NCBI GenBank assembly: GCA_038087875.1
Contig: CM075988.1
Coordinates: 25,174,001 to 25,238,000, forward strand
From: Malacoraja senta
Taxonomy: Eukaryota
Length of the DNA stretch: 64,000 nt
Direction: 5' to 3'
Made by a program: the position numbers and the translations under genes
The notes under the pieces: model-generated
Told to the model about the DNA's origin: nothing
The model's input: the letters and a program-made list of their open reading frames with translations, nothing else
The model's database searches: none
Part shown: piece after piece, positions 62,501 to 64,000 of the stretch
Layout: each line of letters starts with the position of its first letter
Position numbering within the stretch: position 1 is the stretch's first letter

Positions 62501-63484
62501 TTTGTCCTGTAATACTAGGAAAGATGACAAACATTTATAAAACAGAGATTTAATACCTGTAGTATACAACATAGACACATCCGGATTTCATATTATTTGG
62601 CTTGCTCCAGGTTAAAGAAATTGCTCCGTTAAAATCAGCTGACCAATGAAGATAACGTACTTTGTACACTGTTTTGTCATCTTAAAAAGAAAAAAAAGTT
62701 CATATTGTTGTGCACACAAACAGAATTTATTTTAGTGACTGAAACTTCTTGATATTTAGGTAAGAAACATCAATACAGTCCTCTTGGAAAAGATAAAGCT
62801 CCATTATAGGAGGTAGTAGGAGTCCTATTTCCACTTAAGTTAGGGTTCAAAGCCAGCCATGAAAAGCAATTAACAATGAAATTTGTCTACATCAAGGCAA
62901 ATATATTTTTCCTCAGTATTTCTGGGTAAATATAATCATAACGTGGTCATTTATCATCCTGGAGATGACTTTTGATATGTTGGGAAAACAATGGGCATCA
63001 TGGGTCACTCAGAATTTCATCGTTTTTACATGTTTTTATTTCTACATTCCTAAGATTAAAGCTTCTGCTACATGGCATGACATCATGCAGAAACTGAGAT
63101 ATTTATAATGCCCAATTATTTTTTAAAAATCAGTAATCTATGCTTCTTTCAAAAAGTTATACTAACCTATACATCAACACATAAATCAAGAAAAATGCTT
63201 TTGTAGATTTAATTTTCATAATCCCAATGACTTCACCACAACCCAAAGTTGCTACATCTTAAGACTCGCTCTTCAGTTCCTTGCTCAAATACTGTCAATT
63301 ACTTCAGGCAAGGTGCTGTTTCACAACCTCTTCATATTTACATGGGTTTACTTACTTGAGCAGTTCTTCTCGTCACTGTTATCAGAGCAGTCCAGAAACC
63401 CATCACACCGTTCAAATTGGCCTACACACTTCTCCCCATCGTCACATACAGTTCCATTCGAGCAGAGTAATGGAGGATGTGTAG
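32504..63484 (-). CDS. SORL1: SORL1 (sortilin-related receptor, SorLA/LR11), 3' portion: 16 spliced coding exons; the gene continues beyond the right edge
   Basis: Spliced translation gives LDLRA repeat, FN3 repeats, TM helix and a tail ending [45 protein letters not shown], diagnostic of SORL1. All junctions are GT-AG with matching phases. Confidence 0.97.
33125..33439. mobile_element. MITE family A in the last SORL1 intron
   Basis: Same TIRs, opposite internal orientation; flanked by ttaa on both sides. Confidence 0.9.
33514..33726 (-). CDS. SORL1: SORL1 exon ~47: stalk, transmembrane helix, FANSHY motif
   Basis: tcccaag|CG...CTA G|gtaag; [70 protein letters not shown]; 213 nt (alternative acceptor 6 nt downstream). 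Confidence 0.96.
35583..35854 (+). repeat. ~220-bp local direct duplication, copy 1 (copy 2 at 36547-36770), with a 5 x 12 bp minisatellite
   Basis: Identical by eye except that caacattgacta occurs x5 here and x1 in copy 2. Confidence 0.92.
36075..36280 (-). mobile_element. V-SINE 3' fragment (an opposite-orientation fragment lies at 36787-36940)
   Basis: SINE tail and V-domain motifs. Confidence 0.75.
37231..37423 (-). CDS. SORL1: SORL1 exon ~46 (last FN3)
   Basis: cacctag|GGT...AAT G|gtgag; [64 protein letters not shown]; 193 nt. Confidence 0.96.
40071..42772 (-). mobile_element. CR1 LINE, 2.7 kb 5'-truncated copy with disrupted ORF2 (part of APE endonuclease plus RT)
   Basis: VYRPP, IMGDFN, SDHN endonuclease motifs; [26 protein letters not shown] motifs; stop at 41130 and frameshifts; candidate TSD acacctt at 40064-40070 and 42773-42779. 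Confidence 0.95.
43738..43844 (-). CDS. SORL1: SORL1 exon ~45 (FN3)
   Basis: gtggcag|TT...AGG|gtaag; [35 protein letters not shown]; 107 nt. Confidence 0.95.
44440..44685 (+). mobile_element. CR1 LINE 3' fragment
   Basis: gtggaattctctgccacagaaggcagtggaggcc...ttttctatgtttct. Confidence 0.85.
44717..45116 (+). mobile_element. Penelope-like element 3' end with inverted terminal copy
   Basis: Coding remnant [21 protein letters not shown] typical of the PLE ORF C-terminus, then 3'UTR and hammerhead motif; TSD ggtagcNNgttctg at 44703-44716 and 45117-45130. Confidence 0.8.
45021..45048 (+). ncRNA. Minimal hammerhead motif (AUC triplet variant) directly downstream of a PLE ORF remnant
   Basis: CTGAAGA-A-GGGTCTCGACCC-GAAAC-ATC. 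Confidence 0.6.
46583..46757 (-). CDS. SORL1: SORL1 exon ~44 (FN3)
   Basis: ttcccag|ACT...CCA G|gtaat; [58 protein letters not shown]; 175 nt. Confidence 0.95.
47965..48129 (-). CDS. SORL1: SORL1 exon ~43 (FN3)
   Basis: tttctag|GTT...TTA|gtgag; [55 protein letters not shown]; 165 nt. Confidence 0.95.
48440..48828 (+). mobile_element. Penelope-like element 3' end
   Basis: [25 protein letters not shown], then a degenerate hammerhead motif and the terminal repeat. Confidence 0.78.
48922..49190 (-). mobile_element. V-SINE (HE1-like)
   Basis: Same consensus, reverse strand. Confidence 0.8.
49570..49689 (-). CDS. SORL1: SORL1 exon ~42 (FN3)
   Basis: ttcacag|GTT...TTG|gtacc; [40 protein letters not shown]; 120 nt. 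Confidence 0.95.
49738..51686 (+). mobile_element. L1-clade LINE, 5'-truncated, with ORF2 C-terminal half, 3'UTR and A-rich tail
   Basis: [38 protein letters not shown] motifs; CCHC finger CDKC-X8-H-X4-C at 50968-51021; AATAAA at 51658; TSD atctctggaaa(a)tttt at 49723-49737 and 51687-51702. Confidence 0.93.
52461..52686 (+). mobile_element. Tc1/mariner right terminal arm (IR/DR type)
   Basis: 17-bp direct repeat tgtcccaaacattatgg at 52463 and 52659; ends CACTG|TA. Confidence 0.7.
53272..53600. mobile_element. MITE family A nested in a Penelope-like terminus
   Basis: Same TIRs; the host sequence gagTTAc is duplicated around it. Confidence 0.9.
53637..54360 (+). mobile_element. CR1 LINE 3' fragment nested in a Penelope-like terminus
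   Basis: [15 protein letters not shown]; ttttctatgtttcta tail; the host repeat resumes after it. Confidence 0.92.
54395..54579 (-). CDS. SORL1: SORL1 exon ~41 (FN3)
   Basis: tctacag|TT...GTG|gtaag; [61 protein letters not shown]; 185 nt. Confidence 0.95.
54992..55088 (-). CDS. SORL1: SORL1 exon ~40 (FN3)
   Basis: atttcag|GTG...TCT G|gtatg; [32 protein letters not shown]; 97 nt. Confidence 0.92.
55423..55505 (-). CDS. SORL1: SORL1 exon ~39 (FN3)
   Basis: ctaacag|CA...AAG|gtaca; [27 protein letters not shown]; 83 nt. Confidence 0.9.
56828..56900 (-). CDS. SORL1: SORL1 exon ~38 (FN3); donor at 56828 or 56831
   Basis: tttgcag|[26 protein letters not shown](G); two in-frame GT donors 3 nt apart. 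Confidence 0.9.
57834..57941 (-). CDS. SORL1: SORL1 exon ~37 (FN3)
   Basis: gaaccag|GTG...AGG|gtgag; [36 protein letters not shown]; 108 nt. Confidence 0.92.
58222..59155 (-). mobile_element. V-SINE split by a CR1 insertion (58416-59047)
   Basis: SINE runs to ...aacccacatggtt, then CR1, then resumes acagggagaatgcataaactcc to the head. Confidence 0.8.
58416..59047 (-). mobile_element. CR1 LINE 3' fragment inserted in a SINE
   Basis: [32 protein letters not shown]; agaaacatagaaacatag tail. Confidence 0.9.
59508..59614 (-). CDS. SORL1: SORL1 exon ~36 (FN3)
   Basis: cttccag|TA...CTT|gtaag; [35 protein letters not shown]; 107 nt. Confidence 0.94.
60348..60657 (+). mobile_element. V-SINE (HE1-like), full length
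   Basis: Head ggtggcgcagcggtagag, box B gggttcgatcccg, tail ctgtatctctaaactaaa. Confidence 0.85.
61502..61665 (-). CDS. SORL1: SORL1 exon ~35 (FN3)
   Basis: cttttag|T...GGC T|gtaag; [54 protein letters not shown]; 164 nt. Confidence 0.95.
62557..62680 (-). CDS. SORL1: SORL1 exon ~34, start of FN3 region
   Basis: ttttaag|AT...TAC AG|gtatt; [40 protein letters not shown]; 124 nt. Confidence 0.93.
63356..63484 (-). CDS. SORL1: SORL1 exon ~33, last LDLR class A repeat
   Basis: ttttcag|CT...TCA A|gtaag; [42 protein letters not shown], six Cys plus DCSDxSDE motif; 129 nt. Confidence 0.95.
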
Positions 63485-64000
63485 CTGAAAATTAAACCAT
63501 TCCAATAAGTTGCAAGATATTTAAAGAAGCAAAAGTTAATCAAAATAAAGCAAATGCTCATCAGGTCAAACTGATTATTAAAAATAAAGCAAATCAGTTT
63601 CAAGTATAATCCTTCAGCATACTGCAGATACTGATTGGCTGGATATGGTCTGGTTATTTCTGAAAAATCGTGATTGGAAACCTTCTCATCTCTATGAGAA
63701 CAATAAACAAGAAGTGCTTCAACATTTAAAAAACGTCATGTTCTTAGCGTTGCTATATTCTATTTTCCCCAGCATAGGTTTCATAGCAAAGAGAACCAGC
63801 AACCAATTTACTCCCATATCACAATACAACGGCCTTAGATTGCAGCCAACGTTCAATATTATCACTCACCAGGTTTTCTTTTGTTCTACCCCCTTTTTCA
63901 TTTGATTCACGCCAAATACTACCAGTTGATGGTACATTAAATACATGGATACAATAACACCTGTAGGAGATACTAAAGCCAAACCACTATGATAATAGGG

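Noticed and set aside
62810..62820. let-7-like gaggtagtagg
   Set aside because: Only 11 nt match and there is no precursor hairpin. I did not see miR-100, let-7 or miR-125 mature sequences in the window.

Overview
Vertebrate genomic DNA, most likely from a cartilaginous fish (skate/ray-like), inferred from HE1/V-SINE-type SINEs, CR1 LINEs and Penelope-like repeats. The right half (about 27.5-64 kb) holds the 3' part of SORL1 (SorLA/LR11) on the minus strand. I traced 16 consecutive coding exons by hand, all with GT-AG boundaries and consistent phases. They encode the last LDLR class A repeat, the FN3 region, the TM helix and the FANSHY/acidic/DDVPMVIA tail, followed by a probable 3.4-5 kb 3'UTR. 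The left half is repeat-rich intergenic DNA with a 200-N gap and a few unique, CNE-like patches. The main non-obvious signals are: (1) dispersed, often palindromic Penelope-like termini with 12-16 bp TSDs that carry a minimal hammerhead ribozyme motif (CTGAAGA-A-GGGTCTCGACCC-GAAAC-GTC), including an 11 x 37 bp array of the ribozyme's 3' half; (2) a ~330 bp near-perfect fold-back MITE inside the putative SORL1 3'UTR; (3) nested or splice-site-proximal TE insertions and inverted CR1 pairs flanking in-frame exon blocks. Exon numbers are counted back from the last exon, assuming the 48-exon human layout. Comparisons with human SORL1 are from memory, not from an alignment run.
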